A DNA stretch of 64,000 nucleotides from Phoronis australis (taxonomy: Eukaryota; Animalia; Phoronida): assembly GCA_002633005.1 (NCBI GenBank), contig NMRA01000338.1, positions 161,575-225,574 of the forward strand. Direction: 5' to 3'. Position numbers and translations under genes: made by a program. Below the pieces are notes generated by a model. It did not search any database, was not told where the DNA came from, and saw only the letters and a program-made list of their open reading frames with translations. Each line of letters opens with the position of its first letter. The stretch's first letter is position 1. Shown here piece after piece: positions 24,497 to 36,359 of this stretch.

Positions 24497-27400
24497 ATGC
24501 CAGACAGGAAGTTGCATCATCAAAGTCCAAAGGCAGGCAAGGGGAAGAGAAAGACTGTGAATGAAACAAATGGTACTCCGGTTAAAAGACAGAAAGGTAT
24601 CGTTGATGGCTGATGGCTTTTCACATTATGTTGGAATTGAAAAGTTATAGCTGCTTCAAATGGTCATCAGATCAAGCATAGGCAAGCAGTCATGAATTAT
24701 CAGTTCTTTCCAAGCCATTTATCTTTGTGTGATGAACTACTGTCTCAGGAAATGCAATCTAGCAGCCTTTCTGCTACAACAAGACTGCCAGAGCTCACGT
24801 GGTCAAGTTCAGATTAAGTTGCTGAAAAAGGATAAAAGTTTTATCAGGATCAAAAACATGTGAATAAGCCAAATTAAATAGAATAATATTAATGATGATA
24901 CATTTATTGTATTATAGTATACCACAGCAGTCACTCCTCAGAGCAGGGCTGGGTTCTCACCCTGGGTGAGGGAGACACAGGCCAGTTGGGGTTGGGTGAA
25001 GACGTCCTAGACAGACAGAAGCCTGCCAAGGTGGACCTGTCCGGCAATATGATACAAGTGTGTGCAGGGGGCATGCATACAGCCTGTCTCAGTAGTGATG
25101 GAAAGGTAAGGCAGTATACTGCATTGGACAGGGGGCATGCACACAGCCTGTCTCAGTTGTGATGGAAAGGTAAGACAGTATACCGCATTGTGCAGGGGGC
25201 ATGCACACAGCCTGTCTCAGTTGTGATGGAAAGGTAAGGCAGTATACCGCATAGTACAGGGGGCATGCACACAGCCTGTCTCAGTAGTGAAGATACTGTA
25301 AGACAGTATACCGCATTGTGCAGAGGGCATGCTCACAGCCTGTCTCAGCAGTGAAGATAATGTAAGACAGTATAGTGCACTGTGCTGGGGGCATGCTCAG
25401 GGCCCGTCTCACTCAGTAGTGAGGACAGGGTACTTATGGCAATATGCATGAAATTACAGTAAATGCTTGACAGGTTGAAGACTTCAAAAGGCTAATTAAA
25501 TAGTCATGGGAAATTGAGTTTAAAGGCTCTTTAAGTGTGAGGAGTTGTGTTTTTGTAAAGGAAACTTGGTTATGAAAATAAAAGTCTTTGGAGAATTTTT
25601 AGCAGTAGTGATTGGTTGGGAATTGTTCTTTTGTCAAATGACATACTGTGTGGATAGCTTGATTTCACTGCAATGCAGTCTCTATGTTGTATCTGTTCAC
25701 ACCCTCTTAAATATATAAAGAGCTAGGTTACGATTGCAAAGTATATTTTAATGCGATTTTCCCGACTACCTTTTTGGTGTGATCTTGTCTGTTTTAATGA
25801 CATTCAGTTTTCCGCCCATTTATTCAGTGCTGGTCCTAGCCTGTGATATGATGTGATGTTTATCCATTCTCTGAGTCCATGTATGTATTGTTGTATGCAG
25901 TTGTCATAGTGACCGCTGACAACAGCCAAGGTTTTCTTGGTATGTTGGTGACACTTTGATGGCTGCTTCTGACGTTATGTACAGGGAGACAGCTGTCTCT
26001 CGGACACCAGGATTATATGTATCTTCTGATCACAGTTATGAAGGATGCAAAAAGGGTATTGTTTGACAAATATGAAAAAATGAAAGGTACTTTAAACTGA
26101 TGTATTGTCTGGTAAAAATCAACTGCATAAGGGCATAAATTAGTACTCTAGTGGTATATTTATGTGCATATGGATTGTTTCACATTCATGCCAGTTTCTT
26201 GCATTTTAAGGTGTATACATTTGGCTGTAACGATGACTGGGCCCTGGGGCGAGATACAACGGAGGAAGGTTCAGAGATGCTGCCTGGAGAAGTTGACCTT
26301 AATGAGAAGGTTGTGCAGATCAGTGCCGGTGACAGTCATACAGCGGCACTCACAGAAGACGGACGTGTGTTCGCCTGGGGGACATTCAGGGACGCAAACG
26401 GTGTGATAGGTAACTTGAAGTCTTGACGTTATCTTTATGTACATGGAGTTGGAGGTAGCTATGTTGTAGCACAGAATGTGACTGCATGTGGTTGGCCACA
26501 GAGATACCCTGGCACATATTTACCTCCTTGCTTCTCCCATTTATAATGAAGACCGTGATGGTCAATACCTCAAAAATGATTAGCTTTCTTGGTGGTCCTC
26601 CCATCATCTAAAGATTTGCTTCGTTGCATTGAATCCCATGCTTTAAACATGTTGTAGGTCTTACAAAGGATGGCAATCAGAAGACTCCAATTGAGCTGCT
26701 CAGTGGCCATGTGGTTGTGAAGGTCTCATCAGGAAGTGATCACATTGTGTGCTTAACAGCTGATGGTCATCTGTACACAATGGGCAACGGTGAACAGGGT
26801 CAACTGGGAAGGGTGGCGGAGTGCTTCTCATACCGTGGTGGACGGAAGGGGCTAGGTATGTCTTGTGTCACCACCCGCATAACCGTCATTTGAGTGATTT
26901 TTGTAAGGTAATTGCCAACGTTCGTGTATGCTATTTTTTAAAATTTGGTATTTACAATTTAGCTACGTAGTTGTTAGCAGCTGATACCAGACAAGACGAT
27001 GTAGATATTTAAATTTTTGCAATGTGTGGTGTAACTGTGTATATGAAAGAAACAAATCTCACAGTCTTTTTGGCGTCTGCCCCTCTATTGAGTCACATTT
27101 TTGAGCCCCCTGGTGAGTTTTTTCAGGTTGAGTACTATAACAGTCTTTCTGTTTCTAATTATGTCGGGCAAATTTTGTAGAGCTCCCGCTTACTCCTGCT
27201 ATAGTCAACTGTAAGCGTGTCAGGGGGCGGGGCAAAGTTCTGTTTAAAGACTGCTGGGCGGGTACCTACACCACATTTGCCATGTGTAAAGAGAGTGGCG
27301 ACATCTATGGCTGGGGGCTGAACAACTACTTCCAACTTGGTAAGTTCTGGTCACTTCATTGTGTGTGGCGTGCACATTGTAAACTATACTTCCAAGGTTC

Positions 27401-30400
27401 TTTAGTTTTAGTAAGACGACTAAATATTAGGGAAGGGTGCATATTGCCATTATCTTTATCTGGGCATCCGGCATCCTCTGTCATATCTCCTAATCTCCTT
27501 CAATATCTTAATAAGATTTGGTAGACAAAGAACATTTTATCGTATACGTATCAACATTATTTAAACGTCATGGAAGGGAATGCGTTGTCTTGAGGAATAA
27601 ACGTTTTGTTTGATCGATCGGTTGAATGTTTTCTCTCACCAGGACTTCTCGACATGGGGAACCAGTTCATGCCTCAGCGTCTTACCTCATTCCACTGTGA
27701 TAAAGGTTGGGTGGACATTTCTTCAGGCCAGCACCACACCCTCGCATTAGATAGTAAAGGTCTGTTGGCACTTCTTCACCTTTTGCCCAACAAAAGAACA
27801 ATCGGGTCCCACAAGGTTCCTAGCTGAAATCACTTTAAGTAACACATTGTGTTTCTAAGATTTAATGAACTCACACTTCTTGTCGCAGTTGTTAGCCTTA
27901 CAGATTCTGTTTTGTGCACAAAAATGTGTTTGAGGTTGCTCTCCAGCCTGTTTAGCTTGGCTCTTGTACTTAATTCTAGAATAAGGTTGTAGCTTTTAAG
28001 ATTCAGGTTCGTTAGCATTCTTTACTCAACCAAATATGATTTCTGAGTGAATGATGCTGTGACTCTTGATCACTCAGCCTGATATCAGTTCACATCGACC
28101 AAAATAGGGAGTATGTAGATAATGTTAGTTTGAAACCTAGAAAAACTTTGGAATGTCAGTGCATTGCAAAATCGTATTTCACAAATCATGCTTCTTCCTA
28201 AAATTGCTGAAGAAGTAAGTGAACTGTAGTCTTCCGAAATATGCATATGAATACCGTTTACTGTGTTTGACATGTAAACATGTTGTTGCCATCCTAAAAC
28301 TTATTTTAATTGTACCACTTGTCACAATTGGGTTTCTCCAAAAATGTCATTGGTAAACTTTCTTAACTGGACATGCCCTAATAGTCTCATCGCGTGCCAC
28401 ATGTTCACAATGTTTGCTATTGTTTATTTCACTGGACACGGTCGTTGGGAGCGCATGTTTAGGAAAGGCTTCACTTACAGAGGTTCGCCTTCTAGTCATA
28501 ATGATAGTCAATTGATAGTATATGTTTAAATGATGGTGTGACTTGCATGGCTTCACATCATTCCGCTCATTTTGTTTCACAGGCCAGGTGTACAGTCTGG
28601 GCAGGTCCACCTATGGACGGCTGGGACTGGGAGAAGATGCCAAAGAGACTACAGAGCCCACACCTCTGCCAGGCCTGTCGACCTCTCGTTGTGTTCAAGT
28701 AGAGGCTGGAGCTTCGGTCTCTGCCGCACTCACGGACGATGGTAATTACCTTGAATTATGCAATATTGCTGTCATTCCTGTGTTTGGTATAGGGTGTAAC
28801 CTAGTACAGTGAAATTTCTTGTACAAGATATTTATCGAGATCAACATATAACTTTTCTGTTTCATGAAGAGTGACTTAAGACTGAAGACAGAAACTTTGT
28901 CTTATGCTCCCACTACACTGTTGTCAAATAAAGGCTTAGTCATGTTATTATGGCACATGGCTTCCGGAAAATAACTTCTACAAATTTTTTTAATAAGTAA
29001 CAGTTATTGATATATTGTCAGATACTCCGTTCTTTTCTAAAGTGAGTTTCAATTATTTTTTAGAAAGTCATGTAGAGCATAAGAACAAATTTCTGTCTTT
29101 CATGAAATAGACCCCAGGTTCTTTTGCCGTCATCCCTATCCGGACATCCTCTGTGCCCCCTAGAAGCAAAATATTTTTATGTTTACCACTGGAGCATGGA
29201 CTCATCTAGGATTTGAAAAGTGGGTGTTCCAAATTCGTGATAGTGATGAATCGCGTGAAGCGTGATTCTGAGGGCACAGCACAGAAGGGAAAAATTGTGA
29301 TTTATTTAAAAAAGGTCATTTCCTTGCATTCTGGCACACTGTTTGCATGTTGCATTTGAAAAGACATGAAGAAATATATCCTTTAGTACATGTGTCCACG
29401 TTTCAATGCACCACAGAGTACTGCAGTTCGTCTACAGTGAACAAGAGAACACATTTCCTCAAACAAATTCACAACTCAGGCCCACCAACACTCGACACAG
29501 GAAAAATCTCCACTCGAAAATAATAGTGGCAGCATATTTGCACCCGTGGTAGTGTACCTGGACTTGGCATCGTATAAGATGACGACCAAAAGGTCAAAAC
29601 TGAATTTGGTACGCGTATTCTTACGTTTCCTACTCGTTTTTCCGAGCGCTTTACTTGCCTCTTTGGAGTCATCGGGGATTTGGCTATGGGCATCGTCAGT
29701 GGTTGCCGGGGACATCATGGTTATTAGCGTCTTCTGCAATGGATTATAAATGGATGCTGTGTTGAAATTGACACTTATCAGGTCCAAAGTCAATCTGACA
29801 CTGTCTTTCATACTACGCTACAGCAAATTCATCCTTAAAAAGAACCATTCTTTTCTCGCTGTTTTAAGAGCCAAATCCTGGCCTGGTTCACAGCGAAAGT
29901 AACAGATGCTTTGCATGTGCCACCCACAAAACAAACTCTAATTGCCCAATAATCGTGGAACTCCACAAAAAGTTGAAGTATTTCAAGGATTTTACTTTCA
30001 TGCTAAGTTATTCATTGAATAGGTAACCAACATTAGACGAAACATTTCATTTTTTCGCGTGAAGTTTGCACTGCATTCTCACGCATCAATATACGTCGTT
30101 TGGCCTGGGCAGATATTTTCATAAGTTTTTGATACAGTCGTTTGAGTTGCAATGGAAGAGTGCGGACAAATTAAGGAAGTTTGCTCTTCGTTTTATGTGG
30201 TGTGCGTATTCAACAACGACTTTGATGGCATTGGTATGGCAGGTCAGTCCTAGAATTTTGGCGGATATAAATTTGTTCAACGTGTATGTTCTATCTCACT
30301 GAAATTGGCTGCTCCATCGAATACAGTTTGAGAGTGCCGTTTGAACTTCTGTGTCGGCAACTAGCATCAGGGGTACGGCAAATCTTTTGAACTTATTGTC

Positions 30401-32412
30401 TGCGTACTTCAGTTTCAAAGATTATGTGTTCTTGTAAAGGTAGTTAGCACTGGATGCTATATTTCTCGACACTCGCCATGCGGGGTATTCCATATGAGGT
30501 CACCCTGACATCACAGAAGAAGAAGGTATTCCCTCAAAAACGTGGCTGCCAGTATTTGCTGATCATCATTTTTGTATTTATAGTGAAAATAGACAGCAAT
30601 AGTCTCTAATGCCGAGTTATTTTTGAATGTTTATCTAAATAAAACAATGGATTGTAGATGTCAATAAAATTTAGCCGTCGTTTTCACCGAGATGTCTTGA
30701 AACAGACCGTCTTTTTTCTGTCTTGGCGTGCCGTCCAAGCCGTCATTTTTTAAGATGTCTGTCCGAATGACGGCCTGGACGGCTGCTAGATGAGTCCCTG
30801 CTCTGGAGTTATGAATGTAGTTTCTTGAAATTTGGCAAATAGGTTTCTTTTAAGAAGGCGCATTCCCTATTTCGGACAGATTTTCTGTTTCATCTGGTGG
30901 CTATTTAAAAATGTCTGGGTATGTTGTCAACGTCTGCCTCTCTATCTGCCAAACCACTCAAAAGATGATTACCCGGTATGAAAATCTACAGTTGTGTTCC
31001 TGTTGTGAAGACTCTGGCTGATGTTGATTTTCGGATGTTTTTGACTATTCTGTCGCCTCTTAGGTTAATTTTGCTGTTTTGCTTCTACAGCTGTATTTTT
31101 GAAAGATCTTTGCGAAATTTGGCAGATGGGCTTCTATAGAGATGGTAACAGATGACGATGAGTTTCAGACCAATTGCATTATAACTGTGCCCCCTAGTGT
31201 CAATGGTTTTTTTTACTTTTGTGTCTGTATCTTGGGAGTTCCTTGGTTTATTTTCATGGAATTTGGCAAATATTTGGGTTTTGCATAGACAGTGCCACCT
31301 TCTCAGTTCAGATTGGCTCGACGCAATCTGCACCATCTAATGACCATTTTTTGATTATTAAAAAAAACCATAGAAGCACACCATTTGCTGTGCTATCATC
31401 GGTGCATTTCAATGCTCCACGTTCCTTTTGTTAACTCATCTTGGGATTTTCAAGCATGGATACTTGAGTGAGTTGATAGTTTTAAGCCTTCCGGCTTGGC
31501 TGATTGGAGAAAAGTTGGAACTGTAGTACTGTACTTAAAATGCTGGCATAGCTTTCTGTGCAGAAAATTTCTGTGTACTTCGTACAAGAGATGCATGATA
31601 ATGTATTTACTTTTTTTGTCTAAGACATTTGTGTGTATAATTGCAGGTAAAATTTATACATGGGGAATGGGCAGTTGTAAACAGTTGGGTCATAGTGAAG
31701 AGGAGGATGTTTATGTTCCCATGGTAATGGGTGGTAAACAATTGGAAAACAGGTAGGTAGTGTTGTTTATTTATTGATGAAATGTCTTCTCTCAAAGCTA
31801 GATTTATTTATCAGTCTTTTGAGGCTTCTAAGCTAATCTTCTTGTCCAAGGTAAATAATTGTGTGTAATCGTTCCCAAAGTGGCGTACTTCATGTAGAAG
31901 GTATACTGTGTACTGAAGAAGGAACACTTGGAATACGAGTTCAACTATAAGAGCTAGGCTGCAATTATTTTAAGTACAAAATCCAGTGTATATTTGGAAA
32001 TAGCCTAACACCTCTGCTACGGTAATGATCAGATGTAGCTTGCCCACGTTTTGAGACCAGTTTTCTCTACTGAATAATGGGGATCAAACTGGTTCTCAAA
32101 ATGTAGGCTCGCCATATCCGACTATTTCCCTCTGCTACAATACAGGTGTAAGTTTAAAATTAATGAAGTCTTCAAGTGGAGATAACTGTGCTGCTACTGT
32201 TATTGATTACTAATTGAAATTTCCACTCCTGTTTTGGAACTTAACAAAACAGTGACTTAATGCTACCAAACCCATAGTCCAAATCAAGACAAACATCATC
32301 TCGTGCTTCAGTAGAGTTATGATCTGTCAATCTCATCTCATCTGTTTACAGGTCTGGTTTAATGGTGTGTGTAGGAGGCCAGCACACAGTGGTTCTTGCT
32401 AAGGATAAATAA
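24497..32412 (+). CDS. RCC1: Regulator of chromosome condensation 1 (Ran GEF), 9 coding exons, 428 aa
   Basis: Exons 24497-24596, 24918-25105, 26211-26409, 26658-26855, 27181-27339, 27643-27759, 28583-28741, 31647-31752, 32352-32412. All introns are GT-AG and phases join to 1287 nt. Basic N-tail, then [88 protein letters not shown], collinear with vertebrate RCC1 as recalled. Confidence 0.96.
24718..24836 (+). ncRNA. Candidate box C/D snoRNA in the RCC1 intron after the first coding exon
   Basis: Box C GTGATGA (24729) and box D CTGA (24822), closed by terminal stem tttatcttt/aaaggataaa; box D is about 90 nt upstream of the acceptor. Confidence 0.45.
25061..25430 (+). repeat. 64-bp tandem repeat x6 spanning the RCC1 exon 2 donor
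   Basis: gcatgc recurs at 25071, 25135, 25199, 25263, 25327 and 25391. Confidence 0.95.
29110..31410 (+). mobile_element. Helentron/DINE-1-like repeat split by a hAT insertion
   Basis: Family subunits at 29110-29194 resume at 30801-31410. Confidence 0.6.
29195..30800 (-). mobile_element. Deleted, decayed hAT transposon (1.6 kb)
   Basis: TIRs catggactcatctag / ctagatgagtccctg; 8-bp TSD cactggag/ctctggag. Broken minus-strand ORFs inside (transposase origin inferred). Confidence 0.8.
31872..32013 (+). ncRNA. Candidate box H/ACA snoRNA in the last RCC1 intron
   Basis: Hairpin 1 (ttcc..aagtg/cactt.ggaa, upper stem cttca/tgaag, internal pocket). ANANNA box ATACGA at 31933, 14 nt from the pocket top. 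Hairpin 2 (taggct/agccta) immediately followed by ACA at 32008. Length about 142 nt. Confidence 0.5.
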
Positions 32413-35158
32413 TCCCAGCCTGAGCATCAACATCTGCAACCTTCCTTCAAGACTTTTTTCACCAGAACAGTGTGTTGTTAGAGCAGCCAATGTTTCAAGT
32501 GTTAAAGAATCTATTGCACATTTAGTAGAGGATTATGTTGATTATTAGCCACCAACTGAGTAATGTCTCAAAGCTTTTATTTGAAAATGAATGTTCGGCT
32601 TTCAAAGCTGTTAACGTGGAAATGACAAGAGTCATGGTGCATACTGTAGAATGGGAAAATTCACCATTCTCAACCATAACCTGGTCAATATCTATCTAGC
32701 TTAATGTCCTCAGTCCCCCAACAGGTCCAACTTTTCACAACAAAATGCCCATGCTCGGCCTTACGCCCACCCTCCATTTATACCGTTGAGACTTTCTTGA
32801 AAGCATCCGTATGTTTGTAAAACCCTTGTCACTTAAATTTTGGCTCCTGAAAGATGGAAAACTTGCATCTGAATGGTTCACCCAGATGTGTATGGTGCAT
32901 TGAATTGACGAGTTGTACACAAAACAATGAATTTTGCTAAACATCGAAACGAGAAAGATCGTCATTTCTAGGTTGTATGTCTTCATTTCCTTAATTAATA
33001 TATCTGATTCTAATGAGCACAGATAATGAAAGACCACTTGTAAATATTGGCAACTTATATATTGGTGGTTGTAAATGTGCCATTTTCTCTTCAAAAGTGG
33101 CTATGTACCTGCATTTTGTCGGCTAATAACTATTGATTTAGATCACGTACTGAGTAAATGACATTGGTTTTGGCATGTTCATTACTGATGTTATAAATTA
33201 CATCTGGGATTAGGAAGACCCCTAGTGCCGTAGACGAGGTGCAACTAGTTTGGTTGATCCACTTAGGTATTTTATGCTCCAAAAGCATTACGGCCAAGTT
33301 ATCGGTAACTCCATCTTGTGTATGCCCACAGAATCAGGTATTTATCTAGCTGTAATGCTTTTGGCGCACAGCATGGCATGTCCGTCAAAGTATTTTCATT
33401 GCGTGTGGTATGTTTGCCCACACTATCAGTCCTTCCCAATGTCAGAAATTGTAAAGAATAAGTTGAGAATTGTTCGTAACACTTAACTGGTCTCAATCAA
33501 AAGTGATTGTTCCGTCACAGCATTAAGTGACTGCTGAGTAGACCATTTCTAGTCATGAGTCGTATCACTCATACCCTTCAGCTATGCTAGGTGATTCGAT
33601 TAGAAGAACTCATTAGCAGGCCAAAAATATCATAATTAGTTCTGGTCTGTGCTTGACTCATTTTGAAGCCTTAGGTAGCACAGCTAAAAATGGAGGATCC
33701 ATATCCATTTCACCTAGCATCTGTTATTCTAAGGATTCAAGGGAAGGATCTTGACTCATTTCAGATAGCATTGCGCGACTATCTTCTCGAAAATATTGAC
33801 AGCTAAAAATAATGCAAAAAACAGCCGTGCTATTTTTTGCCTGAGGCTTCATGGTATGTACCACCCTTTGTTGTGAGGCTACAATGTTCATTTTGCTCAC
33901 CCAGGGTCTTGCTAACACATGGGATATCTGCTCAAATCAGTTTTGCCTCCTTGAGTTGATCTGAATTCTACATTTCATGTGAAAACATGTTTTGACTTCA
34001 CCATCACCTGAACAATACTTTTTACTTGAAATTAGGTGAAAGTTCCAACCGTGAATCTTGATATGCTACAGTCCATGTCTGTCTCATTACATTGACACTA
34101 ACTTGGCTAAAAATTTTGTGTCCTTTTCCTTCATGCCGCCATTTAAAACCTATTAGTATTTAATAGGGTTAGGTATCAACTGGATTTCTAGCAACTTGTG
34201 TTGAAATGGGTAGGTTAAAGCTCCAATGTGGAAAGCATGCCAATTCTATTATTAAATTTGAGGCTCCATGTTTTGTGTAAAATCTGGTCGTTTTTTTTTC
34301 TTGGCAATTGCTGTTTAACTCTCATTTGGCTGTGGACAAGCATGTCATTTTCTCAACTCGCCTGAGATGCTTCTGCAGCAGTATACTCCTGCTCTCCCTT
34401 TATGATAGCTTAATATTCTGCAGCAGTGAAAATGACGGAGGACAACTTATCGTGACTTGTCATTCCGGTTTGATTGTAATACCTTCTGGTATCGGGAATT
34501 GTCATTCCGGTTGGATTATAATATCTTCTGGTAATCCCCAACTTCGCTTGTCATTCGTGGTCATAATGCATGGCTAGTGTGATTGGGAATTATATTTGGG
34601 TCGTGATGGTGAGGAACTCGGTAATTTTGTCTGTTACTTTTGGCCTGTGTTTTCTGGAGCATTTCCTCATCTGAGCAAATTTGTGAGATTCCACGAATCA
34701 AAGAAATTCTATCGTGGAAAATGCCACGTTGGGCAGTGGTGTAGTCTTGAAAAAATGGTGCTTGGACGCTGGACATAGAGAAGAATCCAAGATAGAAATA
34801 CTGTAGGGAATTGTAGCAAGATATGCCATTTTTAAAAAGAAACAAAGTGAAATGTTTGTGACAAAATGAAATTTACCGAAGGGAGCATTCCTTTTCTGTA
34901 AAATGTGACAGGATTACATACCCCGTCAACTGCTTGCCTGTACCTAGGACTGACTGCACCCGTGTACCTGTGACGGACTACGCTCCGGTGCCTGTCACTG
35001 AATTGTTCATTCTGTTGCATTTTACTGTTTTGTGTATACGCCCGTAAACTGTAATATTTTTCTATGTGGTAAGTCAGTTTTAAAAGGTTTTAAACTTTAT
35101 TGTAAATGAATATTCTGAAAATCATGAGTACTACATGTATATTAAATTTAATTTTAAC

Positions 35159-35164
35159 AATAAA
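35159..35164 (+). terminator. Likely RCC1 polyadenylation signal (3' UTR about 2.75 kb)
   Basis: AATAAA preceded by U-rich/TGTA elements and followed by a GT/T-rich tract; no TE recognised between the stop codon and this signal. Confidence 0.45.
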
Positions 35165-35306
35165 AAATACTCTATATTACATCATCTCTTGTCTTTCGTT
35201 TATGGTGAACAGCTCGTAGATGGAATACAGTTGGTGCTGTGAGGTGGTTGTTCCTACTTCACGCCCTGTCTTCTGTATGTGAAGCGGGATTTATTCCCAG
35301 TTCTAA

Positions 35307-36359
35307 AGAGTTCCCAGCATGCATTTTTTTAGTTTTGAGATTTCGGTTAGCTATATCATAGAATCTTACTAAATAAGCACTTTTTACGCCTAATAGTAGC
35401 GAATTTTTTAATTTTTAGGAAAAATTTGTTACTCCAAAGTTTCTCACCAAATGGTGTAATCGGTGGTGGACGTTGGTCAACACGGCATATCAGAAAACGA
35501 GAACAATTTTGAGCGAGAACTGGACAACTATTATGTAGATGGAGAACTTGAGAGAGTGGTACAGTGTACTTGGAGATTCAGACAATGAATTCGATTTCTC
35601 ACTTAGCGAATTTTCATCGGCTGTGAGGCCGTATAAACTCGACCCACTTGCACTAGAAATGCTGCAGACGTTTGTGAGGCACAATCAACTGAACTGAGGA
35701 TTGGTCAATACTGATAAAATGGACACTTAATAATCACCGACAACGGCCACAGCAATGCACAAGCCTACGTGGCAATCGTAGCACTCGATCTGGTCCAGGG
35801 TCGAGGGCCTGGCATCACTCGCCCTAGAATGGAAGCAGTTCGTTAGTTACATATAAAATTTGTAAGTACACTTACAAGGTGGCGAGTCCTTCGTCGTCAT
35901 GTCCCTTTTGTGTTTGGTCGAAACAACATTCCTTGAAATGAGCCGAACAAAGTGTGGCTCACGACTGAATCGCATGTTCCACACTGACATTCCTTATATA
36001 CTCTAATGCGGCGCACAAACCGATGCCATTTCTGTGCAACTTTCACGTGAAATTTGAACACAGATGCGTTCTCAGTCATGTTACTGTTACTACAGCCTCC
36101 ACAAACGCATCTTTTCATGTCTGAAAAAGGCGGTTCCCCGCGCCGGACTTTCCTCACAACTCCTCAGTATCGCACTGGTAAAAACAACAACGGCGAAGAC
36201 GGTTTTCTACCCATTACGTACAAACCCGATAACAGAAAAACATATATTTTTTAAACTTTGTTTAATTTCTTAGCAACAGGTATACTAAAGGCTATTAAAT
36301 CTCTTAAAATGTATTGATAAAATTCTTCTTGAGACACTCTGGGTCATGGTGGGAACTCT
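35307..36359. mobile_element. Internally deleted Kolobok-type transposon
   Basis: TIRs agagttcccagcatg / catggtgggaactct, flanked by CTAA/TTAA. Minus-strand THAP-like start MKRCVCGGCSN..VFKF..KWHRFVRR; plus-strand acidic peptide ending VRPYKLDP. Confidence 0.75.

Noticed and set aside
24597-24604. U12-type donor (GTATCGTT)
   Set aside because: Mismatch to GTATCCTT and no TTCCTTAAC branch point near the acceptor.
27984-28097. Second H/ACA snoRNA in RCC1 intron 6
   Set aside because: Two hairpins and an ACA are present, but the hinge (AAATAT) is not ANANNA; kept only as part of the general hairpin finding.
34160-34175. Telomerase-RNA-like template (CCTAACCCTA on the minus strand; also ctaacccta at 3176)
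   Set aside because: No pseudoknot, CR4/5 P6.1 or H/ACA domain recognised nearby; a 9-10-mer is expected by chance.
21900-35200. U17/SNORA73 snoRNA, expected by analogy with vertebrate SNHG3-RCC1
   Set aside because: I found no paired ATATTCCT and AAACCAT motifs before an ACA box; the similarity of ccaaagtggcgta (31874) to U17 is too short.
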